This document shows, piece after piece, positions 55,385-64,000 of a stretch of 64,000 nucleotides of DNA; position 1 is the first letter of the stretch; each line of letters starts with the position of its first letter. A program made the translations under genes and the position numbers. Below the pieces are notes generated by a model. That model saw only the letters and a program-made list of their open reading frames with translations, did not search any database and was not told where the DNA came from. Source of the DNA: Pontiella sp. (GTDB lineage Bacteria; Verrucomicrobiota; Kiritimatiellia; Kiritimatiellales; Pontiellaceae); contig JBNKVA010000004.1 in the NCBI GenBank assembly GCA_050298955.1, positions 63,690-127,689 on the forward strand. The letters are read 5' to 3'.

Positions 55385-56728
55385 ATGCGCATAGTGATTA
55401 TTGGAGCAGGGAATGCCGGGCGCCAGCTGGCAAAACGCCTGTGCGAAGAAAAGCACTCGATCGTAATGGTCGATGTCGATGCGCTTGCATTGGCCCAGGC
55501 CGAAGCGGGCCTGGATATCCTGACCATTTGCGGCCAGGGCACGAATCCTTCGGTGCTTGAAGAGGCCCAGGTCGACAAGTCGGACCTGCTGATCGCGGTT
55601 ACGGACAGTGACGAAGTGAACATTCTCGCCTGTGTCATGGCGAATGCTGCAGGGGTGAAGGGAAAGGTTGCCCGCGTGACCAATCCGGACTTTCTGAACG
55701 GGTCATCACATTACGATCTCCATCAGATGGGCATTGATCTGATCATCAACCAGAAACTGGAGTGTGCCCGTGAGGTGTACAACATGCTCCAGATTCCCGG
55801 CGCATTGGAGGCCTTCGATCTGTTTGCCGGCAAGGTCATGGTGGCTGGATTCAGCGTGACATCCGCAAGCCCGCTGCTGGACCGTTCCTTGGGGGAGTGC
55901 GATCGGCTGGACCTGATCCAGAGTGTGCGAGTCATTGCCATCCGCCGTGAAGATGAACTGGTCATTCCGCACGGCAACACCATGTTCCAGAAGAAAGATC
56001 TGGTATACATCATAGGCAGGCGTGAAGACATCATCACCTTCTTCAGTTATGTCTGCCCCGATATCCTGCCGTTTGAAAAAGTGATTATCGCCGGCGGTGG
56101 TGATCTGGGCCTGATGCTGGCCCGGTTTGTCGAAAATGACATCGACTGTGTACTGCTGGAGCACGATGAAGAGCGAGCCCGCTTCTGCTCCTCCGAGCTG
56201 AACAAGACGTTGATTCTTCGGGCGGACGCCCTCACGGAAAGCGCGCTGGAGGAGTCGGGTCTGCACGACCGCACGGCCTTTGTGGCGCTGACGGGTGACG
56301 ACGAGGGCAACATCATGAACTGTCTGATGGCCCAGAAGAAGGGGGCGTCCTTTACCGCAACGCAGATTACACGCACCGACTTTGTGCCGGTGGTTGAGCA
56401 GCTCTATCTGGTCAACCGGGTGGTCAGCCCGTATATCTCTACCACGAATGCCATTCTGCATTGGCTGCGTTCCAAGAAGGTGCAGGCGGCCTCGCTGCTC
56501 CATAATCTGCCGGGTGAGTTGCTCGACATCATCGTCGCAACCGACGGTAAGCTGGCAGGCCGGCAGATCCGTGCCATGAAAATTCCGGACAAGGCCATTA
56601 TCGCGACGGTTCTTCGGAATGGTGAAGTCATGACGGCGACAGGCGACCTGGAGCTTCAGCCTGATGACCGGGTGCTGATTTTCTGCCATCCGGATGCCAT
56701 TAAGAAAATCCAGGCCAATTTCCTCTGA
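55385..56728 (+). CDS. trkA: Trk potassium uptake regulatory subunit
   Basis: Two RCK modules (IIGAGNAG, IAGGGDLG); AVT.SDEVN, ALT.DDE.N. Confidence 0.92.
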   Translation: MRIVIIGAGNAGRQLAKRLCEEKHSIVMVDVDALALAQAEAGLDILTICGQGTNPSVLEEAQVDKSDLLIAVTDSDEVNILACVMANAAGVKGKVARVTNPDFLNGSSHYDLHQMGIDLIINQKLECAREVYNMLQIPGALEAFDLFAGKVMVAGFSVTSASPLLDRSLGECDRLDLIQSVRVIAIRREDELVIPHGNTMFQKKDLVYIIGRREDIITFFSYVCPDILPFEKVIIAGGGDLGLMLARFVENDIDCVLLEHDEERARFCSSELNKTLILRADALTESALEESGLHDRTAFVALTGDDEGNIMNCLMAQKKGASFTATQITRTDFVPVVEQLYLVNRVVSPYISTTNAILHWLRSKKVQAASLLHNLPGELLDIIVATDGKLAGRQIRAMKIPDKAIIATVLRNGEVMTATGDLELQPDDRVLIFCHPDAIKKIQANFL

Positions 56729-56729
56729 T

Positions 56730-58181
56730 ATGAACAAGCGCGCCGTATTCCATCTGGTCTCGTTCATGACGCTGGTCATCGGTGTTGCGATGATTCTGTG
56801 TGCCGGGGTTTCGCGGATCTATGCTGAACCGCTCAAAATCCAGATGAGTCTTATTGAATCCGGACTGATCGCTATCGGGTGCGCCGGCATAGTCGGGGTC
56901 CTGACGCGCGGGGATATCAACCTTTCCCGGCGGGATGGTTTCGGGATCGTTACCTTCGGCTGGATATCATGCACTGTTTTCGGCTCGCTGCCATATATCC
57001 TGTCCGGTGTGATTTCCCATCCGGTTTCAGCGATGTTTGAGACGATGTCCGGTTTCACCACGACCGGTGCATCGGTGTTGAGCGATCTGGAAAGCATTCC
57101 CCGCGGCATCCACTTCTGGCGGGCGCTGACGCATTGGTTCGGTGGCATGGGTGTACTGGTGCTCTGCGTGGCGATTCTTCCCTTTCTCGGCGTCGGCGGC
57201 ATGCAGATCTACCGCGCCGAAATGCCGGGTCCTTCCAAGGATCGCCTCACGCCGCGCATCACGACGACCGCGAAGCTGCTGTGGGGGGTCTATGCTCTGT
57301 TTACGCTCGTCGAGACCCTGCTACTCAAATATGTAGGCGGCATGGATTGGTTTGATGCCCTCTGTCATACGTTCGGCACCATGGCGACCGGCGGATTCTC
57401 CACTCGTTCGGCCAGTGTAGGTGCGTATGACAGCGCCGTGATCGATACCATCATTACCGTGTTCATGTTCCTTGCCGGCGTAAACTTTTCCCTGCATTAC
57501 TATGCGCTGACGGGGAAGCCCCAACGCTATTTCAAGGATCCCGAATTCCGGTTCTATTTTTTCTTCCTGCTGGGTGCGACGCTGTTCATCACTTTCAATG
57601 TCTGGACCCATGATCTGGCTCCGCTGGGACGCAGCTTCCGCGATGCCGCCTTTACGGCAACCTCCGTGCTGACCACCACCGGATTCTGCACGGCCGATTT
57701 TGACCAGTGGCCCAATGCATCGCGCTTGCTTCTTGTGGCCATGATGTTTATCGGGGGGTGCGCCGGCTCGACCGGCGGTGGCATGAAAGTGGTGCGTATC
57801 TTTATCATGCTGAAGAAAATGGTGCGGGAAATGAAACTCTTCATGCGGCCTTCGGCGGTATTCCAGATGAAGCTGGGCGGCAAGCCGGTGGAGCAGGAAA
57901 TTATTTCCCATATCTCGGGTTTCTTTGCCATTTTCCTGACCATTTTCGGATTGGGCTCCTGTGTCATGACCTTCTTTACTCCTGATCTGGAAAGCGCGAC
58001 CACTTCGGTTGTGGCTACGCTCGGGAATATCGGGCCGGGCTTGAACGCGGTCGGTGCAACGCAGAACTATGCCGCTATACCGCATGCAGGACAGGGCTTC
58101 CTGACCTGCCTCATGCTGCTCGGCCGCCTCGAACTCTACACCGTGCTCATTCTCTTCCTCCCCAGCTTCTGGAAAAGGTAG
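56730..58181 (+). CDS. trkH: Trk potassium uptake membrane subunit
   Basis: FE.MSGFTTTG, W.GGMG, TGGFS, TTTGF, GGCAGST.GG.K, N.GPG, MLLGRLE. Confidence 0.95.
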   Translation: MNKRAVFHLVSFMTLVIGVAMILCAGVSRIYAEPLKIQMSLIESGLIAIGCAGIVGVLTRGDINLSRRDGFGIVTFGWISCTVFGSLPYILSGVISHPVSAMFETMSGFTTTGASVLSDLESIPRGIHFWRALTHWFGGMGVLVLCVAILPFLGVGGMQIYRAEMPGPSKDRLTPRITTTAKLLWGVYALFTLVETLLLKYVGGMDWFDALCHTFGTMATGGFSTRSASVGAYDSAVIDTIITVFMFLAGVNFSLHYYALTGKPQRYFKDPEFRFYFFFLLGATLFITFNVWTHDLAPLGRSFRDAAFTATSVLTTTGFCTADFDQWPNASRLLLVAMMFIGGCAGSTGGGMKVVRIFIMLKKMVREMKLFMRPSAVFQMKLGGKPVEQEIISHISGFFAIFLTIFGLGSCVMTFFTPDLESATTSVVATLGNIGPGLNAVGATQNYAAIPHAGQGFLTCLMLLGRLELYTVLILFLPSFWKR

Positions 58182-58250
58182 AAAACCGTCATGATTCAGG
58201 TGTTCAGCACGGGATTTCCACTTAAAATCTAAAACTTAAAACTTCGAAGC

Positions 58251-58982
58251 ATGCAGATGGAGCGACTTTCTAAAATTATGGCGGCGCGGGGAATGTGTTC
58301 CCGTCGCGAGGCGGATCGCTATATTGAACGCGGGCAGGTGCTGGTTGACGGCGAGGTCGTTTCGGAACTGGGCTCGAAGGTCAGTCCTGACGCGCAGATT
58401 GAATTGGCGGAAGCGGGGCGCAAACGCCGGGACGCGCAGGTTACCATCCTGATCAATAAACCGATCGGCTATGTCTCCGGGCAACCGGAAGAAGGCTACA
58501 AAGCTGCAGTGTCGCTGATCTCTGACAAGACCCGCTGGCGGGAAGACCGTGTTTCGCGTAAATTCCACCCGGTACAGCTGAAGGGGATTGCCCCTGCCGG
58601 GCGGCTGGATATTGATTCCAACGGTTTGCTGGTGCTTACGCAGGATGGCCGCGTGGCCCGCCGGATCATCGGCGAGGATTCAGTGGTCGATAAGGAATAC
58701 CTGGTACGTGTGGAAGGCAGGCTTTCGGATGAAGGTTTAAAGCTGCTTAATCATGGGCTGAGCCTCGATGGCAAAGCGCTCAAGCCGGCCGTGGTTAACT
58801 GGCAGAACAAGGATCAACTGCGTTTTGTGCTCAGGGAAGGCAAGAAGCGCCAGATTCGCCGCATGTGCGAACTGGTGGGCCTGAAGGTCACGGGCCTCAA
58901 GCGTATCCGCATCGGAAAGATCATGCTCGGCAACCTGCCCAATGGACAGTGGCGCTACCTCCGCAACGACGAGAGCTTTTAA
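58251..58982 (+). CDS. RsuA/RluF-family rRNA pseudouridine synthase with S4 domain
   Basis: RL.K..A..G.CSRREAD, NKP.GY, GRLD..S.GL..LT.DG, K.YLV.V, EG..RQIRRM, L.R.RIG. Confidence 0.92.
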   Translation: MQMERLSKIMAARGMCSRREADRYIERGQVLVDGEVVSELGSKVSPDAQIELAEAGRKRRDAQVTILINKPIGYVSGQPEEGYKAAVSLISDKTRWREDRVSRKFHPVQLKGIAPAGRLDIDSNGLLVLTQDGRVARRIIGEDSVVDKEYLVRVEGRLSDEGLKLLNHGLSLDGKALKPAVVNWQNKDQLRFVLREGKKRQIRRMCELVGLKVTGLKRIRIGKIMLGNLPNGQWRYLRNDESF

Positions 58983-59042
58983 CACAAAGGCATCAACGAC
59001 TCTGAGCTTTGTGTTCTGCGTGTCTTGGTGTTTAATTTCCAT

Positions 59043-60545
59043 ATGAGCGTCCAGATTCTAGATGTGAATGACGATTATACCGATTTTCTTCACGACGAGT
59101 CGCGCAGGGCAGGGCGGGCGGATAAAATCGCCTTTCCGACATCCTCTGTAGAGGTGCAGGAGGCCCTGCACGCGGCGGTTGAAAACGGGTGGCCGTTGAC
59201 GCTGCAGGGCGGGTGCACAGGAATCACAGCCGGCTGCGTGCCGGACGGCGGCCTGATTCTTAATCTGTCGCGAATGAATTCCATCGGCGCTGTTGCCGGC
59301 GGCCGCATGACTGTTCAGCCCGGCGCAACGCTGGGCGATATCCGTTCATCCATTAAGGGTTCCGGCTTTTTCTTTCCATCCGACCTCACCGAAACCACGG
59401 CGACAATTGGAGGAATGGTGGCGAATAATGCGTCCGGCGCCCGATCCTATCGCTATGGGTCGGTCCGCAACTGGATTCATGCGCTGGAAGTGGTGCTGGC
59501 GAACGGAGAAAAGGTTCGTGTCGAACGGGGCATTCACCGGGCCGATGGATATACTTTCAGGCTTGGACATATCTCGGGATCACTTCCTGATTTACCGATG
59601 CCCAACGTAAAAAATGCCGCCGGTTATTTTATTAAACCGGATATGGATCTGCTCGACCTGTTCATCGGGTCCGAAGGTACCTTGGGCATTGTGGCCGAAA
59701 TCACCCTTCAACTGCTGCCGGAAACGGGGCGGATGAGTGGTCTGACGGCGTTCTATGCATCTGAAGCCGAAGCGCTTCAGTTTGTCCGTTTCCTGCGCGC
59801 CGCCGGGGGGGTGACCCGGTCATCAGAATATTCCGAACCGAAGAGGATCGCAGGCCCGCTCATTGCTGCGGGCGATCCGGTCGCGATTGAATTCTTCGAC
59901 GCGAATGCCTTGAAGCTTCTGCGCCGGATGGGGGCCGGGAATCCGGCCTTTTCAGAATTGCCGGAGCTGAAGCCCGAATTCCACACCGCCATCTATTTTG
60001 AATTTGAGGGCGAGGTGCCGGACGAGGTTGTCCAATACGTCGAGACGCACACCGTCGACTGCTGGGTGTCGGAGGGTGACCGTGAGATCGAGAAAATCAG
60101 GAATTTCCGCCACGCGATTCCCGAATCGGTCAATCTGCTGATTGGCGCGCGCAAACAAAACATTCCCGCGCTCACCAAACTGGGAACCGATATGTCGGTG
60201 CCGGATGAGTATCTCGAACAGGTAATGCAGATGTACCATGAAGGGCTGGAGCAAGCCGGGCTTGAATATGTGATCTTCGGGCACATCGGCAATAACCATG
60301 TCCACGTCAATATCCTCCCGCACAGCATGGACGAATATGAAACGGGCAAAGCGCTCTATTTAATGTGGGCGGAGCAGGTCGTGAAATGGGGCGGCTCTGT
60401 TTCCGCTGAGCACGGTATCGGAAAGTCAAAACCTGAGTTCCTGGAAGTGATGCTGGGCAAAAGCGGCATTCAGAAAATGCGGGCACTCAAATCAATGTTT
60501 GATCCTGAGAAGCGGCTGAATCCCGGCAACCTCTTCGGCGAATGA
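59043..60545 (+). CDS. FAD-linked oxidase (GlcD/D-lactate dehydrogenase family)
   Basis: GG.TG...G, VQPG, ATIGG..ANNASG, FIGSEGTLG, GH.G..H.H.N, SAEHGIG, DP...LNPG. Confidence 0.88.
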   Translation: MSVQILDVNDDYTDFLHDESRRAGRADKIAFPTSSVEVQEALHAAVENGWPLTLQGGCTGITAGCVPDGGLILNLSRMNSIGAVAGGRMTVQPGATLGDIRSSIKGSGFFFPSDLTETTATIGGMVANNASGARSYRYGSVRNWIHALEVVLANGEKVRVERGIHRADGYTFRLGHISGSLPDLPMPNVKNAAGYFIKPDMDLLDLFIGSEGTLGIVAEITLQLLPETGRMSGLTAFYASEAEALQFVRFLRAAGGVTRSSEYSEPKRIAGPLIAAGDPVAIEFFDANALKLLRRMGAGNPAFSELPELKPEFHTAIYFEFEGEVPDEVVQYVETHTVDCWVSEGDREIEKIRNFRHAIPESVNLLIGARKQNIPALTKLGTDMSVPDEYLEQVMQMYHEGLEQAGLEYVIFGHIGNNHVHVNILPHSMDEYETGKALYLMWAEQVVKWGGSVSAEHGIGKSKPEFLEVMLGKSGIQKMRALKSMFDPEKRLNPGNLFGE

Positions 60546-60596
60546 TGGTTCAGGAAAGAAATTGCAGTTTGTGTTCCGGGCAGGAAACATGACGTC

Positions 60597-61199
60597 ATGA
60601 AATACTTTCTTTTTGATATCGGACACGTGTTGGTCGATTTCCAGTTTGAGCGTTTGTTTAAAATCCATTCGGAGCATTCGGAACGGTCTATAGTCCCTTT
60701 CTCGGATCGTGATCTGGCAATGCGCGACAAAGTGGAAAAGGGGCTTATTACCGATATGCAATGGGTGGAATATTTGAATGAAGCACGCGGCTTATCCTGG
60801 ACTGTCGAGAATTTGATCCAGATCTGGTCAGACCTGTTTACCCTCAATGAGGTGGGCTATGGCTTGTTCCGCTCCGCCATCGAATCAGGAGCAGAGGTCT
60901 ATACCCTGAGCAACATTGCAAAGCATCATATCTATGCGATAGAGAAAAACTGGCCGGGTTTCTTTGATGGAGTGCAAGGGATGTTCCTGTCGTATCAGAT
61001 TGGTGCGCGCAAACCGCATCCAGATATCTACTGCCATGTGCTGAAGGCATTGGAGACGACGGGCGATGAATGCTTTTTTATCGATGATCTTGCAGAAAAT
61101 ATTGAGGCCGCAAAATCCATTGGGATCCATGCCTATCAGTTCATTCCCGAAAACCATAGTTCGATCCGGGATGCGGCTAACGCCATACTGGAAGTCTGA
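60597..61199 (+). CDS. HAD-family phosphatase (YihX-like)
   Basis: FDIGHVL, LSN, S...G.RKP...IY, FIDD..EN..AA...G. Confidence 0.88.
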   Translation: MKYFLFDIGHVLVDFQFERLFKIHSEHSERSIVPFSDRDLAMRDKVEKGLITDMQWVEYLNEARGLSWTVENLIQIWSDLFTLNEVGYGLFRSAIESGAEVYTLSNIAKHHIYAIEKNWPGFFDGVQGMFLSYQIGARKPHPDIYCHVLKALETTGDECFFIDDLAENIEAAKSIGIHAYQFIPENHSSIRDAANAILEV

Positions 61200-61211
61200 T
61201 CCGGCTTCAGA

Positions 61212-61592
61212 CTAATTGTCGTTTGCGCCGGCTTCGATCCACGCTTTGATCTGCTGGATCTCCTCGCTGCTCATTCGGGGAGACTTCGAGCCGGCAGGGG
61301 GCATGACCCGCTTTTTCTGATCCGGATTCTCCGGCGGGGTGATGAGATAGAGCAGGTAGCTCTCGTCCGGCTTGCTCGGGATAATGATCTTGCCGACGCC
61401 CTCCAGGACCTCTTTTTTCTGCTCGAACCGGAATCCGCTCTTGAGCGCGTCCTTGTTACCGTCCTCCTGGTGACAGGTGGCACAGGAGCGTTGGAAAAGC
61501 GGCATGAGGTCCTTCGACAGCGAGATCTCCTGGGCTGAGGTTAACGTGACGAACGTGACAGTGAATACGAACAGTGCAGACAGCATTCTCAT
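61212..61592 (-). CDS. Exported monohaem cytochrome c (planctomycete cytochrome c-like)
   Basis: Signal peptide; P.F...CATCH; [IV].P..P.ES.L; MPP; I..WI..GA. Confidence 0.8.
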   Translation of the reverse strand: MRMLSALFVFTVTFVTLTSAQEISLSKDLMPLFQRSCATCHQEDGNKDALKSGFRFEQKKEVLEGVGKIIIPSKPDESYLLYLITPPENPDQKKRVMPPAGSKSPRMSSEEIQQIKAWIEAGANDN

Positions 61593-61695
61593 AGGGAATC
61601 CTTTTCATTTTATACGTACAATTGTGAACTCGAATAACTTTGTATACAGCGTCAAACAGAAGGTCGGCAGATTTTATTGCGAAAAATTAGAGAAC

Positions 61696-61722
61696 AAAAA
61701 AGCCCCGCAGTTACGGGGCTTT
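61696..61722 (-). terminator. Intrinsic terminator of htpG
   Basis: Minus strand AAAGCCCCG-TAACTG-CGGGGC-T6, about 27 nt after the htpG stop. Confidence 0.8.
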
Positions 61723-61748
61723 AATGTTGTTTGTAGATTTTGTTGTTG

Positions 61749-63611
61749 TTACTCGGCCAGCACGGCGTTGAGCCGGGCCGCGAAACCGGCGGGGTCGGCA
61801 AGCTTGGCGCCGGAGGCGATGACGGCCTGGTCGTGCAGGAGCTTCGTCAAGGTCTCAACCTTCGGATCCTTGGCATCGGCATCGTAGACCGCCTGCAACT
61901 TCTTAACGACCGGGTGGTCGGGATTCAGCTCCAGCACGCTTTCACGCTTAGGAACCTCCTGACCCATGCGGCGCATCATTTCCTCGATGTGCGGGCTCAT
62001 GGAATATTCGTCGCCCACCAGACAGGCGGCGGAGTCCTTGAGGCGGGTGGTCAGTTTGACTTCCCTGACGCCTTCGAGCAGCTCTTTCGCATAGCCGATG
62101 AGCCCTTCAAACTTCTTTTCCTCCTCCTTGAGCTTATCCTTGCCCTCATCCAGCTCACCCTTGTTGACCGCCTTGAGCTTCTTGCCCTTGTATTCCATCA
62201 ATTGCGGAATGACAAAGTCATCGATCGGATCGGTCATCAGGAGCACTTCCCTGCCGTCGGCCTTGAAGGCTTCGAGGTAGGGGGCGTTTTCGATGGACGC
62301 ACGGTTTTCGCCGGCGAGGTAGAGAATCTCCTCCTGCCCTTCGGCCATGTTTTCGACATAGTCGGCAAAGCAGGTCTTTTCGCCGGCTTCCCTGGCCGTG
62401 GTTTCAAACAGGAGCAGGTCGGCAATCTTTTCCCGGTTTTCCCAGTCGGTCTGAAGGCCTTCCTTCAGGATGGAGCTGAAGTTTTCATGGAAGATCTCGA
62501 ACTCCTTGAAATCCTTCTTTTTCATGTTGGCCAGGGTCTTCAGGATACGGCTCACCAGATTTTTCCGGATCTTTTCGAGCATTGGGTTTTCCTGAAGAAT
62601 TTCCCGCGAAACATTCAGTGGCAGATCAGAAGAATCCACGACGCCTTTTACGAAGCGCAGATAGCCCGGCAGCAGGTGTTCGAAGTCGTTGCCGATAAAG
62701 ACGCGCTGGACATAGAGGTTCAAGTGCGACTTTGGATCGTTGTTCATCATCATGTCGAACGGCTTGTGTTCGGGGATGAACAGCAGCGCCTTGAATTCGA
62801 TGGCACCTTCCGCATTGTAGTGGATGGTTTCCGCCGGAAAGTTGGTGTCGTGCGAGATATGCTTGTAGAACTCGCCGTATTCCTCGTCCGTGATCTCGCT
62901 CTTCGGCCGCAGCCAGATCGCCTTCTGGGAGTTGAGCTGTTCCTCTTTCGGTTCCCCGGTACCCGTTTCTTCGTCCTTTTCGGTGGTGAGCAGGACGATG
63001 GGGTGCTCTACGAAGTCGGAAAACTTTTTTACGACGGTGCGGAGTTCCCACTCTTCGAGGTATTCCTTCGCATCATCTTTCAGATGCAGAATGATGTCAG
63101 TGCCGCGGGTTTCCTTGTCGGCATCGTCGAGCGTGAAGCTGCCGGTTCCTTTCGATTTCCACTGTACGGCTCCCTCGCCGTGGGCCTTGGTGATGACCGT
63201 CACTTCATCGGCCACCATGAACGAGGCGTAGAAGCCGACGCCGAACTGGCCGATCAGCTCCGGATTTTCCTTCAGGTCCATTTCCTTCGCGCGCGCCAGG
63301 AAGGCCTTGGTGCCCGAGTGGGCGATGGTGCCGAGGTTCTCGACGACTGATTCGCGCGACATACCGATGCCATTGTCGGAAATGGTCAGTGTGCCGGCCT
63401 CCCTGTCGGCCTTGATGCGGATCTTCCAGTCGGATTCGCCATCCAGCAGCTCGGTGTTGGTGAGTCCTTCAAAGCGAATTTTGTCGATCGCATCACAGGC
63501 ATTCGAAATCAGTTCGCGCAGGAAAACCTCGCGGTGGGAATAGAGCGAGTGGGTGATCAAATGGAGCAACTGCTCCAGCTCGGTCTTAAATTTCATCGTC
63601 TTTTTAGCCAT
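61749..63611 (-). CDS. htpG: Molecular chaperone HtpG (Hsp90)
   Basis: SLYS..E.FLRELISNA.DA, DNGIGM, NLGTIA.SGT, IGQFGVGFY, GVVDS.DLPLNVSRE.LQ, LELNP.HP. Confidence 0.97.
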   Translation of the reverse strand: MAKKTMKFKTELEQLLHLITHSLYSHREVFLRELISNACDAIDKIRFEGLTNTELLDGESDWKIRIKADREAGTLTISDNGIGMSRESVVENLGTIAHSGTKAFLARAKEMDLKENPELIGQFGVGFYASFMVADEVTVITKAHGEGAVQWKSKGTGSFTLDDADKETRGTDIILHLKDDAKEYLEEWELRTVVKKFSDFVEHPIVLLTTEKDEETGTGEPKEEQLNSQKAIWLRPKSEITDEEYGEFYKHISHDTNFPAETIHYNAEGAIEFKALLFIPEHKPFDMMMNNDPKSHLNLYVQRVFIGNDFEHLLPGYLRFVKGVVDSSDLPLNVSREILQENPMLEKIRKNLVSRILKTLANMKKKDFKEFEIFHENFSSILKEGLQTDWENREKIADLLLFETTAREAGEKTCFADYVENMAEGQEEILYLAGENRASIENAPYLEAFKADGREVLLMTDPIDDFVIPQLMEYKGKKLKAVNKGELDEGKDKLKEEEKKFEGLIGYAKELLEGVREVKLTTRLKDSAACLVGDEYSMSPHIEEMMRRMGQEVPKRESVLELNPDHPVVKKLQAVYDADAKDPKVETLTKLLHDQAVIASGAKLADPAGFAARLNAVLAE

Positions 63612-63967
63612 AGCTTCAATCTCCTGTATTTAAGTTCTCAAATAAGCGATATTTATCGAAAAACGGCCGTTTTTAATACGAAAGCGGAGGTGAGGATGCA
63701 AGTCCAATGTTGGAGAAGCTCGGTCTCTTGCCCCATTTCCCCGGCATTTAACTCAGGCATACATGTTGCAGACATATACCGTGTATCGCTGGATCACTGT
63801 ACCTGCCTATTACATTGCAAAATCGAGCTACGGCGTCTTTCCTGAACATCGATGCGATAGGCTTGAGTATGAGCTCGCGACCGGCAATGGTGGATAACGA
63901 CATGAACGGTCTGATTCAAGCAGCCGGACATTGACGACATTCCCTTCCCTGCATTAAACTTCCACGT

Positions 63968-64000
63968 ATGAAACCGCCCTTAAAATCCATTTTCAGGGGC
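63968..64000 (+). CDS. Probable start of a gene running off the window (MKPPLKSIFRG...)
   Basis: ATG open to the window end, preceded by TTGACG-18 nt-TAAACT (63931-63960). Only 11 codons are visible. Confidence 0.3.
   Translation, partial: MKPPLKSIFRG

Noticed and set aside
61622-61640. TTGTGAA as a Rex operator
   Set aside because: The second half-site (TTCACAA) is missing; no Rex box is seen before nfnAB or pnt either.
61740-63350. 536-aa plus-strand ORF antisense to htpG
   Set aside because: Mirrors htpG codon for codon; explained by biased codon usage; no SD or recognisable motif.

Overview
A gene-dense chromosomal window (about 55 CDS, GC roughly 55-60% by eye). I found no rRNA, tRNA, CRISPR array, integrase or transposase. 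The gene content (planctomycete-type cytochrome c, W/Y/P-repeat lipoprotein, NfnAB, GH13_8-like GlgB) suggests a PVC-superphylum anaerobe such as Kiritimatiellia; this is inference only. Housekeeping blocks are pyrK-pyrD, nadK, nadC-coaX-nfnAB-pntAAB, rlmN, ilvBN, glycogen genes, trkAH and htpG. The main accessory block is a 15-gene minus-strand island (10952-23761). It carries homologues of furan/methylated fatty acid enzymes, a desaturase, four exported lipid/peroxide proteins, a fasciclin protein, a DenV-like glycosylase and its own ECF sigma/ZAS anti-sigma pair. A bipartite motif, TGAAAGGTTTTA-N9-GCGAAC, occurs twice in the island at promoter positions. Other oddities: a zinc-ribbon/PTS-EIIA fusion; a His-less pseudo-HisKA protein with a sigma54-like promoter next to an orphan plus-strand terminator; a 1022-aa lipoprotein with two repeat families; a GH13+GH133 debranching enzyme with eukaryote-like architecture; and a porin/flavinylated protein/cytochrome b-like module. 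All family calls come from recognising motifs by eye, not from database searches.
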